Below are positions 1 through 10,014 of a stretch of 64,000 bases of DNA, one piece after another (within the stretch, counting starts at the first letter, position 1; each line of letters opens with the position of its first letter). This DNA is from an uncultured Mycoplasmatota bacterium. GTDB taxonomy: Bacteria > Bacillota_I > Bacilli_A > RF39 > UBA660. Location of the stretch: the NCBI GenBank assembly GCA_947571135.1, contig CANOWY010000003.1, positions 11,333 through 75,332 on the forward strand, read 5' to 3'. The position numbers and the translations under genes are program-made. Under the pieces are notes generated by a model, which was not told where the DNA came from, did not search any database, and was given only the letters and a program-made list of their open reading frames with translations.

Positions 1-614
1 CGTTCACGATTTACAACTTCTTGTGGTACATCACTAATAAATACATAACTTGGTTTCATAGCAGCCGCTTGCATAGATACATCTTTTGCAACATCCTCAT
101 TTGCACCTTTCAATACTGTTAAAACAGCAATTTTACCACCCATATGTAAGTAGGCACCGAATACTTCATCACTATTTTTCTCTATTACTTCTATTCTTCT
201 TAAAGAAAGTTTTTCTCCAATTTTTGCGGTTTTGGCAATAATTAAATCTCCCACTGTACCATCTTCATCAGTAGAAACTTCCAATGCACTTTCTAAATCG
301 GTTACATTGCTTTTTAAAATAGCCTTACCAATCGTATCAATCATACCTGTAAATTCCTCATTTTTACTAACAAAATCAGTTTCTGAATTTACTTCTAAAA
401 TAACGGCTTTATTCCCCTCTACATATATATTAGCAAGACCTTCTGCGGCAATACGACTTCCTTTTTTTTCGGCTTTGGCAATTCCTTTTTCTCTTAAATA
501 ATCCATAGCAGCATCAATATCACCATTACATTCAGATAGTGCTTTTTTACAATCCATCATTCCAGCACCACTTTTTTCACGTAAGTCTTTTACTAAACCT
601 GCTGTAACTTCCAT
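1..614 (-). CDS. tsf: Elongation factor Ts, N-terminal about 204 aa; the 3' end runs off the window start
   Basis: Minus-strand translation from ATG 612-614 gives MEVTAGLVKDLREKSGAGMMDCKKALSECNGDIDAAMDYLREKG..., the typical EF-Ts N-terminus. It lies directly downstream of rpsB (rpsB-tsf operon order). Confidence 0.85.
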   Translation of the reverse strand, partial: MEVTAGLVKDLREKSGAGMMDCKKALSECNGDIDAAMDYLREKGIAKAEKKGSRIAAEGLANIYVEGNKAVILEVNSETDFVSKNEEFTGMIDTIGKAILKSNVTDLESALEVSTDEDGTVGDLIIAKTAKIGEKLSLRRIEVIEKNSDEVFGAYLHMGGKIAVLTVLKGANEDVAKDVSMQAAAMKPSYVFISDVPQEVVNRE

Positions 615-641
615 AACATTCAACTCTTTTCCATTTTATTT

Positions 642-1589
642 TTATTTTAAATTTGCAATTAATTCTTCTTTTTTCATAGAAGAATATCCTTTTAAGCCTT
701 GTTCTTTAGCAACATTTTTAAGTTCTGCCAAAGTCATAGAAGCATACTCTTTTTTCTCAGTTTCTACTTCTTCTATTTTTTCTTCTTTAAGTTGTTCTTC
801 TTTCTTTTCTTCTGCTTTAGGTTCAATTTTTTCTACTACACTATCCATGTTGACTTCTTTTGCTTCTTTTTTGCTTTTATCTTCTTCTGTAATATAATCT
901 ACCATCTCTAAGTTACGAGATTCACATATTGCATTATTTAAAACACCTACTACTACTTTGACTGCACGAACAGCATCATCATTTGCAGGTATTACAAAGT
1001 CAACGTCATCTGGATCACAATTCGTATCCACAAGTCCAAATACAGGAATATTTAATTTTCTTGCTTCACGAATAGCATTGGTTTCCTTTTTAGGATCCAC
1101 TATAATAATCGCTTGTGGAAGTTTATTCATTTCGCGAATTCCACATAATACACGATTTAATTTCTCATATTCTTTTCTTAGTCCAATCACTTCTTTTTTT
1201 GGAAGTACATCAAACACACCATCACGTTCCATAGTTTCAATTTCTTCTAAACGTTTTACTCTTCTTCTGATTGTTCTAAAGTTAGTAAGTGTTCCACCTA
1301 ACCATCTTTCCGTTACATAGTAACTATTACTACGAATCGCTTCTTCTTTGCAAACTTCACTTGCTTGCTTCTTAGTTCCAATAAAAAGAAAAGTTCCTCC
1401 ATTATCTGCGATTGCTTTGATCTCCTTGTAAGCGACTTCAAGTTTTTCTGCAGTTTTTTGTAAATCAATAATATGAATTTCATCTCTTGCTGCAAAAATA
1501 TACTGTTTCATTTTTGGATTCCATCTTTTTGTTTGGTGTCCAAAATGAACTCCTGCTTCTAATAAATAACTCATAGAAACAACGGCCAT
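642..1589 (-). CDS. rpsB: 30S ribosomal protein S2 with a C-terminal extension of about 65 aa ending in a Rho_N-like helix motif
   Basis: 315-aa ORF. The N-terminal two thirds reads [27 protein letters not shown]... (S2 signature). The C-terminus has a KE-rich linker plus [30 protein letters not shown]. Confidence 0.9.
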   Translation of the reverse strand: MAVVSMSYLLEAGVHFGHQTKRWNPKMKQYIFAARDEIHIIDLQKTAEKLEVAYKEIKAIADNGGTFLFIGTKKQASEVCKEEAIRSNSYYVTERWLGGTLTNFRTIRRRVKRLEEIETMERDGVFDVLPKKEVIGLRKEYEKLNRVLCGIREMNKLPQAIIIVDPKKETNAIREARKLNIPVFGLVDTNCDPDDVDFVIPANDDAVRAVKVVVGVLNNAICESRNLEMVDYITEEDKSKKEAKEVNMDSVVEKIEPKAEEKKEEQLKEEKIEEVETEKKEYASMTLAELKNVAKEQGLKGYSSMKKEELIANLK

Positions 1590-1707
1590 AAATTATTCCT
1601 CCTTCGTTAAAACATCTGCTAAGATCAACTTAGGACATCACCTCTTCGGCACTCGATAATCCTAATCCCTTAAACATGTCTATTTGCTAACTCATTTAGC
1701 CACTTGT

Positions 1708-1736
1708 ATTTTAGCAAAATATGGCATTCCTCGCAA
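1708..1736 (-). promoter_or_regulatory. Putative sigma-A promoter for rpsB-tsf: TTGCGA, 17-nt spacer, TAAAAT with TGc extension
   Basis: Reverse complement reads ttgcgaggaatgccatattttgcTAAAAT, about 115 nt upstream of the rpsB ATG. Confidence 0.4.
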
Positions 1737-1794
1737 GCATTTTTAATATAATATATAGCATTATAGAAAAAAAATACACAAAAAAGTCAAAATT

Positions 1795-2436
1795 GTGCTA
1801 AAATCTTTTCTTGAAAAAGTGGTGAAAAAAATGAAAAAAACTTTTATCGAAAGAAAAAGAGAAAACAAATTAGAAAAAATCCACCAAAAAATTCTAAAAG
1901 ATGCGAAAAACTACTCAGAAATTATAGTACTTTGCTTGGGAAATTATAAAGAAGATCTCCCTTTTTTCTTAAAATTTGCAACGCTTGTGGGTACTACTTT
2001 AAAAGAAAATAACTTTTCTATTTATGGAGATAAAAAAAATCCTATCTTACTCGATCAAAGGTGCGTTTGCCCTATTTTAGAAAAAATAAAACAAGATATG
2101 CAAGATGCATTCCTACTTGTTGTTATGACTTCTATCAGCGAAAATAAAAAAGACGTAGGCAACTTAAGTTATAAAAATCAACCCTATCTATTAGGAGACT
2201 TAAAAATTGGCAATGCTACGATTCAACTATGTAGTAGTTATGGAAAGGCACTCAATCCAAAAGAAAGATACCAAAAATACATAAAAAATAGTTTAAATGC
2301 TACTATTATAAAAAATATGATTACGGAAACTTCTCTCATGCTAATGAGTGCCATAAAAGAAAAAGAGGAAGAAACCATTTTAGAAAGTCAGCCAATGCCT
2401 ACTTTAAAAAAAGAAAAACGAACTTCCTTTATTTAA
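1795..2436 (+). CDS. Hypothetical protein, weakly YyaC/GPR-like (possible sporulation protease family). The likely true start is ATG at 1833 (MKKTFIERK...).
   Basis: 213-aa ORF with a GTG start in the track. The IVLCLGNYKEDLPFFLKFATLVGTTLKE segment resembles the VVCIGTDRSTGDSLGPLVG core of YyaC-type proteins. The call is from memory of that family only. Confidence 0.3.
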   Translation: MLKSFLEKVVKKMKKTFIERKRENKLEKIHQKILKDAKNYSEIIVLCLGNYKEDLPFFLKFATLVGTTLKENNFSIYGDKKNPILLDQRCVCPILEKIKQDMQDAFLLVVMTSISENKKDVGNLSYKNQPYLLGDLKIGNATIQLCSSYGKALNPKERYQKYIKNSLNATIIKNMITETSLMLMSAIKEKEEETILESQPMPTLKKEKRTSFI

Positions 2437-2659
2437 TTAACAAAAATCCTTTATATTGATGATAATAATTCTTTTTAAAGGCATTTAATAGTTCTTTATT
2501 TCCATCTCCATAAATAGAAATAACAATTTTGTCAATTCCATAATCGTCAATAATTTTAAATACTCTTCTTTCTAAAATGGAAATAGTATCCATCGTAATA
2601 TCATTTGCTACATCTACAAATAAAGTTTCATTTTTATAATACACATTCATTTTTTTCAC
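2429..2659 (-). CDS. Small hypothetical protein (76 aa), possibly a truncated STAS / anti-sigma-antagonist-like fold
   Basis: MNVYYKNETLFVDVANDITMDTISILERRVFKIIDDYGIDKIVISIYGDGNKELLN resembles the SpoIIAA-type pattern but lacks the C-terminal part. There is no partner kinase nearby. Confidence 0.25.
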   Translation of the reverse strand: MKKMNVYYKNETLFVDVANDITMDTISILERRVFKIIDDYGIDKIVISIYGDGNKELLNAFKKNYYHQYKGFLLIK

Positions 2660-2671
2660 CTATTAGAAGAA

Positions 2672-2703
2672 TAACAAAAAAGAATTCCTTTCGAAAGGAA
2701 TTC
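2672..2703 (-). terminator. Intrinsic terminator after queH
   Basis: Perfect 10-bp inverted repeat gaattccttt / aaaggaattc (2682-2703) with a 2-nt loop. It is followed on the minus strand by a U-run (A-run 2673-2681 on plus). Confidence 0.55.
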
Positions 2704-2738
2704 GACAAAAGATATGATTTTCTTTTTTTAACTATATT

Positions 2739-3374
2739 TTATTCTACACTACCATTCTCTTTTCCATATAAGCAGCCACAATAATCCTGACGATACAAAT
2801 TGTATTGTTTTGAAATTTCAATACTTTTTTTATACCCTTCTTTTTTCTTAAAATCAGAAACTAAAAACAAAAGTTTATTTTCGCTACTATTTTCATTTAT
2901 GTTTTTCTCAATTGCAAGTCCAAGAGAATTAATAACTTGGGCATCTTTATGAGGACTAACCGTTAAAGTAGTTCCAAAATAATCAAAATGATTTTCTTTG
3001 GCAAGTTTAGCACATTTTTCTAAACGAAGATAATAACATTTATGACATCTTGCTCCGCCTTCTTTTTCTTTCTCCAAATTTTTGGCTATCTTTTGAAAAC
3101 ACTCATGATCATAATCAATATCAAACATTTTAATAGGAAGATGACTTTCCTTAATATACCTTTTTTGTTCGTTTTTTCTTTTTATATATTCTTCAAATGG
3201 TTCAATATTAGGATTGTAATACAAGATTGTAATCAAAAAATAATCATTTAAGACATCTAAAACTGCCGTAGAACATGGTCCACAACAACTATGCAATAAA
3301 AGAGTTTTCTTCTCTTTAAAACTCTTTAGTTCCTTTTCCATTAAAGTATTATAATTAATCTTAATTACTTCCAT
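2739..3374 (-). CDS. queH: Epoxyqueuosine reductase QueH (DUF208)
   Basis: 211 aa with LLLHSCCGPCS near the N-terminus and multiple conserved Cys (CHKCYY, CGC) typical of QueH. Confidence 0.75.
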   Translation of the reverse strand: MEVIKINYNTLMEKELKSFKEKKTLLLHSCCGPCSTAVLDVLNDYFLITILYYNPNIEPFEEYIKRKNEQKRYIKESHLPIKMFDIDYDHECFQKIAKNLEKEKEGGARCHKCYYLRLEKCAKLAKENHFDYFGTTLTVSPHKDAQVINSLGLAIEKNINENSSENKLLFLVSDFKKKEGYKKSIEISKQYNLYRQDYCGCLYGKENGSVE

Positions 3375-3376
3375 AC

Positions 3377-4093
3377 TTATTCAATACTCTCCTTATTTTG
3401 AAACCATGCTCCACCATTATCGGAATCCAAATATAGAATTCCTTTTTGAGTTAATGTAGTATAGGATAGCGCATACATATCAAGTCTATCAATATTTACT
3501 AAATTAATATAAACCTCGTTTCCATCATTCATACGAAGTAAAAATCTTGTATCATCAAGAATAATATCTCCACTTTTACTTGGAGAATATTCAATTTCAC
3601 TAACAAGGGCTAAAGATTCTTTCTTTACTTTGGCAAGTTCTTTTACTAAACGTTCATACACATCACTTTTTACATAATTAATCAAAAACAGAATTCCTTC
3701 GTAATTTCCTTTTACAGTCTCTGTACCATTTGATAAAACATAAGTAGAATTATTTCGATTGTAAAAAAGAACGTGGGCTTCTTCTACAAAAATACTAACT
3801 TTCCCAAAAAGATTTTTCTTAACTTCTACTTTATTTATTAAATCAAGAGTAGAAATATTTTTTTCCATAGTACTAGTTGTATATTTAATCATTTTAGGAT
3901 AGGTTTTTAATCCTGCCACTTCGATAATTTCATAGTCTTTTACATAATAATTTCCTGAAATATAGATATGCTGAATGTGTAAATTAGATATATAATAAAC
4001 AAAAGAAGCAAGAAAAGCAATAATCATAACAAAAACAAAAAAAGCCCTCCATTTTATATGCCATTTCACTTTTTTTTGCTTATTCTTTTTCAT
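3377..4093 (-). CDS. divIB: Cell division protein DivIB/FtsQ
   Basis: 238 aa with a basic N-terminus, one TM helix and a POTRA-like extracellular domain. Position directly after murG matches the dcw cluster order. Confidence 0.6.
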   Translation of the reverse strand: MKKNKQKKVKWHIKWRAFFVFVMIIAFLASFVYYISNLHIQHIYISGNYYVKDYEIIEVAGLKTYPKMIKYTTSTMEKNISTLDLINKVEVKKNLFGKVSIFVEEAHVLFYNRNNSTYVLSNGTETVKGNYEGILFLINYVKSDVYERLVKELAKVKKESLALVSEIEYSPSKSGDIILDDTRFLLRMNDGNEVYINLVNIDRLDMYALSYTTLTQKGILYLDSDNGGAWFQNKESIE

Positions 4094-4114
4094 CTTTTGC
4101 CACCTACTTTTCGA

Positions 4115-5212
4115 CTATTTTATTAGTTCTTTAATTGCTTTATAAATTGTTTCGCTAGGTTTTACTTGCTTATACTTTCCCATATTTTCCTTTAGCACTT
4201 TTATTTTTTCTGAATTGTTGAGTAAAATATTAATTTTTTCTGCCAACACTTCTTTCGTTATTTCTTTTTCTTCTAATACTTCAATAACTTGATTTTCTTC
4301 TAATTCTTTTGCATTGTAATACTGATGATTATTGGCGACATTAGGACTTGGAATAATAATACTTGGTTTTTCTAGTCCTATAATTTCAAATAAAGTTCCT
4401 GCTCCTGCTCTTGAAATCACTAAATCACTAGAAGCCATAATGCCAGGCAAGTTATCAAAATACGGAATAATTTTAACTCCTTTGGTATTCGTAAGACTTT
4501 TCTTAAATTCCTCAATATTTATATTACTCCCAACAATATATAATATTTCATAAGAATTATGTAAATCACTATTTAAAAAAGCAAGCATTTTTTGATTCAA
4601 AGAAGAACTTCCTAAACTTCCCGCCACGTAAACTACTAATTTTTTTGAAACACTAAACCCAAGCAAAGTTTTATCTATTTTTTTTGTATGTAAGGCTCCA
4701 TCTAAAGAAGGGTGTCCTGTATAAATAATTTTTTTAGCCTTTTTTAAATATTCCATAGAACTTTTAAAAGTAACTCCTACTAAGTCAGCATAACGACTAA
4801 CTAAATAATTTACTTTCCCAGGACGACTATTTTGTTCATGAATAAAAGTTTTAATTCCTAATTTTCTTGCCGTTTTGATAACAGGATAGGTTACATAGCC
4901 TCCTACACCAATCACTACATCTGGTCGAAAACTTTTCATAAGATGTAAACACTTTTTTTCGGCTTTACGAATTAAAAAAATATTTTTAATATCACGTTTT
5001 ATATCTTTTGTAAATCCATAAATCTCTAAAGATTCATAAGGAATTCCTTTTTCTGGAACAATTTGTTTTTCCATACGATTGTGTGTACCAATATATAACA
5101 CTTTTACATTTTTTTCTCTCTTTTGAAATTCTTCTATTATAGAAAGAGCAGGATAAATATGACCCCCACTACCTCCAGCAGAAACAATTATATTCATACT
5201 ATCACCTATCAC
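4115..5212 (-). CDS. murG: UDP-GlcNAc:lipid I N-acetylglucosaminyltransferase MurG
   Basis: 365 aa, N-terminal NIIVSAGGSGGHIYPALSI (MurG G-loop), GT28 architecture. Confidence 0.85.
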   Translation of the reverse strand: MIGDSMNIIVSAGGSGGHIYPALSIIEEFQKREKNVKVLYIGTHNRMEKQIVPEKGIPYESLEIYGFTKDIKRDIKNIFLIRKAEKKCLHLMKSFRPDVVIGVGGYVTYPVIKTARKLGIKTFIHEQNSRPGKVNYLVSRYADLVGVTFKSSMEYLKKAKKIIYTGHPSLDGALHTKKIDKTLLGFSVSKKLVVYVAGSLGSSSLNQKMLAFLNSDLHNSYEILYIVGSNINIEEFKKSLTNTKGVKIIPYFDNLPGIMASSDLVISRAGAGTLFEIIGLEKPSIIIPSPNVANNHQYYNAKELEENQVIEVLEEKEITKEVLAEKINILLNNSEKIKVLKENMGKYKQVKPSETIYKAIKELIK

Positions 5213-5287
5213 AATTATACTACAAATTAAGAAAACTTATTAGCAAATGTATGGAAAACTGTAAAATAACTACATTCCTAACTTTAT

Positions 5288-6379
5288 TCACTTCCTACTA
5301 ATACTTAATATAATCCCTACGCTTGCCATACTAACAAGCAAAGAAGAACCTCCATATGATAAAAACGGTAAAGTAACACCAGTGACAGGAATAATACCCA
5401 CTACAACCATTAAATTTAATAGGGCCTGAATAATGATTCCAAATGAAAGCCCAAAAGCCAAGTATTTGCCAAACAAATCATTTTGTTTTAAAGAGATTTT
5501 TAAAGAGCGAAAAAAGATAAAAAAGAAAACACTTGTTACAATTAAGACTCCTAAAAAACCAAATTCTTCACTAATAATTGAAAAAATAAAATCAGTTTGT
5601 GGCTCTGGAAGATAAAAATGCTTCTGACGACTGTTTAAAAAACCTTGTCCAAGAAGACCTCCTGGACCTATTGCGTACAAACTTTGAATAATTTGAAATC
5701 CACTTCCTAAAGGATCCGTCCATGGATTTAAAAAGGAAACAATTCTTGCCATACGATATGGGGCTACAATAATAAGTCCAACAATTCCTATAAGTCCTAC
5801 CATTAAGAGTTTAATAAAGAAAGACATTTTAACTCCTGAAATAAAAATCATTACAACCAGGGTTAGTACAATCACCATCGCTGTACCAAAATCTGGTTCT
5901 AACATAATAAGTCCAAAAAAAACTAGAATTAAACTCATAATAGGCAATACACCCTGTTTTATATCTCGCATATTTTTTTTATTATTAGAAAGATACTTTG
6001 CTACATAAATAATAAGTCCTATCTTAGCAAACTCACTTGGCTGAATACCAAAGCCACCTATACCAAACCAACTACGACTACCATTGCGGATTGTACCAAT
6101 TCCTGGAATAAGGACAAGAAGCAACAGCAAAAAACAACCGAATAAAATTAAATTAGCCTTTTTGTAATAAAGATGATAATCCACTTTGGATAAAAAATAC
6201 ATAAGAAAAATACCCACAATGAAAAACATACCTTGTGCTTTAATAAATTTAAAAGGATCCTGAAACTTATACTCTGCCCAAATACTACTAGCAGAATAAA
6301 TCATAATAATACCAAACGTAGCAATTAAAAGTACTGCTATAAATAATTTATAATCTATTTTTTTCATATAATGCCTCAT
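5288..6379 (-). CDS. ftsW: Peptidoglycan glycosyltransferase FtsW/SpoVE (SEDS family)
   Basis: 363 aa polytopic membrane protein with SEDS motifs (GxxxNGSRSW, PEPQTDFIFS, LPFLSYGGSS). Sits between mraY and murG. Confidence 0.85.
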   Translation of the reverse strand: MRHYMKKIDYKLFIAVLLIATFGIIMIYSASSIWAEYKFQDPFKFIKAQGMFFIVGIFLMYFLSKVDYHLYYKKANLILFGCFLLLLLVLIPGIGTIRNGSRSWFGIGGFGIQPSEFAKIGLIIYVAKYLSNNKKNMRDIKQGVLPIMSLILVFFGLIMLEPDFGTAMVIVLTLVVMIFISGVKMSFFIKLLMVGLIGIVGLIIVAPYRMARIVSFLNPWTDPLGSGFQIIQSLYAIGPGGLLGQGFLNSRQKHFYLPEPQTDFIFSIISEEFGFLGVLIVTSVFFFIFFRSLKISLKQNDLFGKYLAFGLSFGIIIQALLNLMVVVGIIPVTGVTLPFLSYGGSSLLVSMASVGIILSISRK

Positions 6380-7043
6380 TGAATTTTATGAGGGAAACCC
6401 AAAAAAAAGTAACAAATTACTTTTTTTCGCAAAATTTCTTTATAATCGATTTTTTTAAAATAAGAAAAATGTATATCATATATCGTAACTTGGCCATTAT
6501 GGACTATATTATGCTTTTTTACTATCATTTGGAATTCATACAGGAATTCTCCATAACCATATGGATCATAAGAATTAATAAATCCCCTTACGCATGATTT
6601 CATAATCTTTCCAAGTTTTCACTTGTTCCATAAATTATTTCTACGTTAAAATAAATATTCACCTCTTTAAATATTAAATCTACTTCACTATTTTCAATAT
6701 GAGAGTTTACACCTCACCTTGGATAAGCGATTTCCAAGTTATTTTCTAAAGTTTCTTAAGGTATTTTAGTAGTATCACTTATCATTCTCACAATATAATT
6801 CCTGATATCTCTATTTTCCTTTGCTAAGGCCTTTTTTATAATTTTATCATTTAAATATTGAATATTTTTCATATTTTTTTCCATTCTGACTTTAATCTAA
6901 AAGAAAAGAAAATTCATAGCAAATGACTAATTTGGCAAATTAAAACAAAAAAAAGAAAATTGTATGCACAATTTCCCTTAAAAGATTAGATAATTTGTCA
7001 AATTGGAAACAAATCAAACTGTTTTCGTTCTTTTTTACTTTTT

Positions 7044-8036
7044 TTAAATCCAAACCCCATAAGTAATCGCTGCCATAGCAAGCAAGAAACCGATTACCCA
7101 AAATAATTTTACAATATCCGTTTCTGCCCAACCAACTTGTTCAAAGTGATGATGAAGAGGAGCCATTTTAAATATTTTTTTATGAAACTTTCGTATCGCT
7201 ATGATTTGGACAAAACTAGAAATTGTTTCAACAACAAATACACCCCCAACTAATACAAGAGAAAGTTCATGACGCGTTACAATCGCAACAGTTGCCAGAG
7301 CCCCACCTAAAGCGAGGCTTCCTAAATCTCCCATGAAGATTTTAGCAGGATGGGTATTATATAATAAAAATCCCAGTAAACTTCCTACTAAAAGAAAACA
7401 AAATATTGCCACCTCTTCATATCCTTGCATCCACCCTGTATTCCAAGCAATAATTCCAAAAGCCAAAAATGCGATTGCAGAAAGGCCTCCAGCAAGACCA
7501 TCTAGTCCATCTGTAATATTGACAGCATTAGAAGTACCTACTAAAACAAATAAAATAAAGATTCCAAATAACCAGCCCATATCAATACTAATTCCAATAG
7601 AAGTAATCCAAAGAACTGGCTCCCCTCCATTTTTCATAAATACATAAAAGAAGACAAGCGCAATCGCCATTTGTAGTAAGAATTTCGTAGTAATGCTAAT
7701 CCCAGCATTATTTTTAAACTTTATTTTTAAATAATCATCAATAAATCCCAAGAAAGCATAAGCAAGAAAAACAAAAATTAAAATAAATAAATTATGATTC
7801 ATTGTAATACTACCACGAATATAAAGCAAAAATAAGGAAACCAAGACAGGAACAATAAAGATAAAGCCTCCCATTGTTGGTGTCCCATTTTTCTTAAGAT
7901 GTCTTTCTCCAATAGTCAAACTAACATTTTGCCCTAACTTTTCCTTACGAGCAAACTTTACAAAAAAGAAACCAAATATCATGGAGATTACAAACCCTAG
8001 CATAATGGACATCGCTGCTTTTGCTAAAATTAACAT
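7044..8036 (-). CDS. mraY: Phospho-N-acetylmuramoyl-pentapeptide transferase MraY
   Basis: 330 aa with NAVNITDGLDGLAGG and MGDLGSLALGG motifs diagnostic of MraY. Confidence 0.9.
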   Translation of the reverse strand: MLILAKAAMSIMLGFVISMIFGFFFVKFARKEKLGQNVSLTIGERHLKKNGTPTMGGFIFIVPVLVSLFLLYIRGSITMNHNLFILIFVFLAYAFLGFIDDYLKIKFKNNAGISITTKFLLQMAIALVFFYVFMKNGGEPVLWITSIGISIDMGWLFGIFILFVLVGTSNAVNITDGLDGLAGGLSAIAFLAFGIIAWNTGWMQGYEEVAIFCFLLVGSLLGFLLYNTHPAKIFMGDLGSLALGGALATVAIVTRHELSLVLVGGVFVVETISSFVQIIAIRKFHKKIFKMAPLHHHFEQVGWAETDIVKLFWVIGFLLAMAAITYGVWI

Positions 8037-8106
8037 TCACATCACCCCGTATTCAAATTATACAATACTTTTTCTTAAAACGAATTCCAATCCATAAAAA
8101 TTGACA

Positions 8107-10014
8107 TTAGTTAGACAACATTAAAGAAATTTTACTTCCTTCCTCTGCATAATAATTTCCTTCTGGACTTTGATAAATTACTTTATCTCCACTACCAGAA
8201 GTAATAATTTGAAAGCCTTTCAAAGTTTTTCTGGCTTCTTCTAAAGTCATTCCTACCACATCTGGTAACATTGTGTATTTTGTATCCAACCAAGTATATT
8301 CTCTTGGCATTCCTTCCTTGCTTTTCTCATAACCATAAAGTTCAATCGCTGTTTTAAAAACATTCTTGGCAATTGGTGCCGATACAACTCCACCATATTG
8401 TGTTACTCCTTTAGGATTATCAATCGCTACATATACAACAATTTCAGGATGATCTGCTGGCATAAATCCCATAAAAGAAACAATATAATTTCCTACCATA
8501 TAGGCTCCATTTTGTACCTTTTGTGCTGTTCCCGTTTTTCCCCCAATTCGATAATTTTCAACATAAGCATTTTTTCCACTACCATTTGCAACAACACTTT
8601 CTAAAGCATACCTTACCATCTTACTTGTCTCTTCACTAATAACACGTACTCCCTCATCTGGAGTAAACAATTTTATTACACTATCAGTTTCAGGTTCTGT
8701 CATTTTAGAGACAATATAAGGCGTATGTAAAATGCCTCCATTTACCGCTGCAGATACGGCACGCACTTGTTGAATTGGTGTAACACTAATTCCTTGTCCA
8801 AAACTTGTAGTCGCAAGTTCAACAGGTCCCATTTGTTCTAATGAAAATAAAATACCACTTGCTTCTCCATTTAAATCTATCCCTGTTTTTTTACCAAATC
8901 CAAAACTTTTAATATAATTTAAAAGTCGTTCTGCTCCCAGTTTTTGTCCCATTATAACAAATCCTGGATTACAAGAATTTTCTACTACTTGAAGCATTGT
9001 CTCTGCGCCATGTCCACCTGCTTTCCAGCACTTAATTCTAGCCCCCTCCACTTGTATGGAACCACCATCATAATAATTATCATTAAATAAATTTATTGTT
9101 TGTTCTTCCAAAGAAGCCGAAAGAGTAATAATTTTAAAAGTAGAACCTGGCTCATATGTCATCCATATTGGTAAATTACGATTAATAACTTCAACGGATG
9201 ACGTCTGGTATTGATTTGGATTAAAATTGGGTCTTGAAGACATTGCCAAAATCTCTCCTGTATTTGGATTCATCGCCATAATAAGGGCTTGTTCAGGATT
9301 ATATTTGCTTACAACATTATCTAACTCATTTTCAATAGCAAGTTGTAAATCGATATCAATCGTTAAATCCACATTAATGCCATTTTGAGGTTCCTCATAA
9401 ACTTCTGTAAGTTCTAGTCTGTTTCCTTTGCCATCTGAAAAATACTTAATCGCCCCATCAGCACCAGTCAAATATTCATCATAATTTAACTCAATTCCAG
9501 ATAAACCTTGATTATCTATCCCAACATACCCTAATACATGAGATAAAACATTTCCATAGGGATAATACCTTTTGCTTTCCTTTACTAAGTATACCCCATC
9601 ATATCCTAAATTATTAATTTCTTCTGCAACATCATAAGATAATTGTCTTCCTTCAGGATGAACTCTTTCAATCGAGGTTTTTTTAGAAATATGACGATAC
9701 ATTTCTTCATAAGTCACATTTAAAATATTCGCAAGTTTCTTTGCTACTTCTTCTTTATTTTGAATTTGATTGGGAATGACGACTAAAGAAGTTGTCGTCA
9801 TATTAGTAGCAAGTACTTTTCCATTTCTATCTCGTATTTCCCCTCTATCCGCCGTAATCGGAAGTTCCCTACTCCACAACGATTCTGCTAAACTTGAGAG
9901 TTTATTATACTTAAATACTTGAATATAAAACACCCGAAAAATAACCGCAAACAAAAGTACACACACTACAACTAAACAAACACGAATACGTATATGGATT
10001 TGATTAAAAAACAT
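8107..10014 (-). CDS. Class B penicillin-binding protein (SpoVD/FtsI-like) with a C-terminal PASTA domain
   Basis: 635 aa: N-terminal TM, dimerisation domain, transpeptidase motifs STFK, SCN and KTGT, then a C-terminal PASTA (PDVVGMTLEEARKTL). Positioned upstream of mraY like B. subtilis spoVD. Confidence 0.85.
   Translation of the reverse strand: MFFNQIHIRIRVCLVVVCVLLFAVIFRVFYIQVFKYNKLSSLAESLWSRELPITADRGEIRDRNGKVLATNMTTTSLVVIPNQIQNKEEVAKKLANILNVTYEEMYRHISKKTSIERVHPEGRQLSYDVAEEINNLGYDGVYLVKESKRYYPYGNVLSHVLGYVGIDNQGLSGIELNYDEYLTGADGAIKYFSDGKGNRLELTEVYEEPQNGINVDLTIDIDLQLAIENELDNVVSKYNPEQALIMAMNPNTGEILAMSSRPNFNPNQYQTSSVEVINRNLPIWMTYEPGSTFKIITLSASLEEQTINLFNDNYYDGGSIQVEGARIKCWKAGGHGAETMLQVVENSCNPGFVIMGQKLGAERLLNYIKSFGFGKKTGIDLNGEASGILFSLEQMGPVELATTSFGQGISVTPIQQVRAVSAAVNGGILHTPYIVSKMTEPETDSVIKLFTPDEGVRVISEETSKMVRYALESVVANGSGKNAYVENYRIGGKTGTAQKVQNGAYMVGNYIVSFMGFMPADHPEIVVYVAIDNPKGVTQYGGVVSAPIAKNVFKTAIELYGYEKSKEGMPREYTWLDTKYTMLPDVVGMTLEEARKTLKGFQIITSGSGDKVIYQSPEGNYYAEEGSKISLMLSN

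Noticed and set aside
232-501. 89-aa plus-strand ORF
   Set aside because: It lies entirely inside tsf on the opposite strand. The composition is a mirror-frame artefact of the AT-rich coding sequence.
699-1495. Several ORFs (699-911 +, 958-1320 +, 1313-1495 -) overlapping rpsB
   Set aside because: They are antisense or out-of-frame to a well-supported S2 gene. They are Phe/Leu/Ser-rich low-complexity translations typical of spurious frames.
6376-6603. Overlapping 75-aa (-) and 72-aa (+) ORFs in the mraY-ftsW gap
   Set aside because: The two ORFs occupy the same DNA in opposite frames and are Ile/Phe/Tyr-rich. There is no RBS and no recognisable fold. I kept only the observation about the gap itself.
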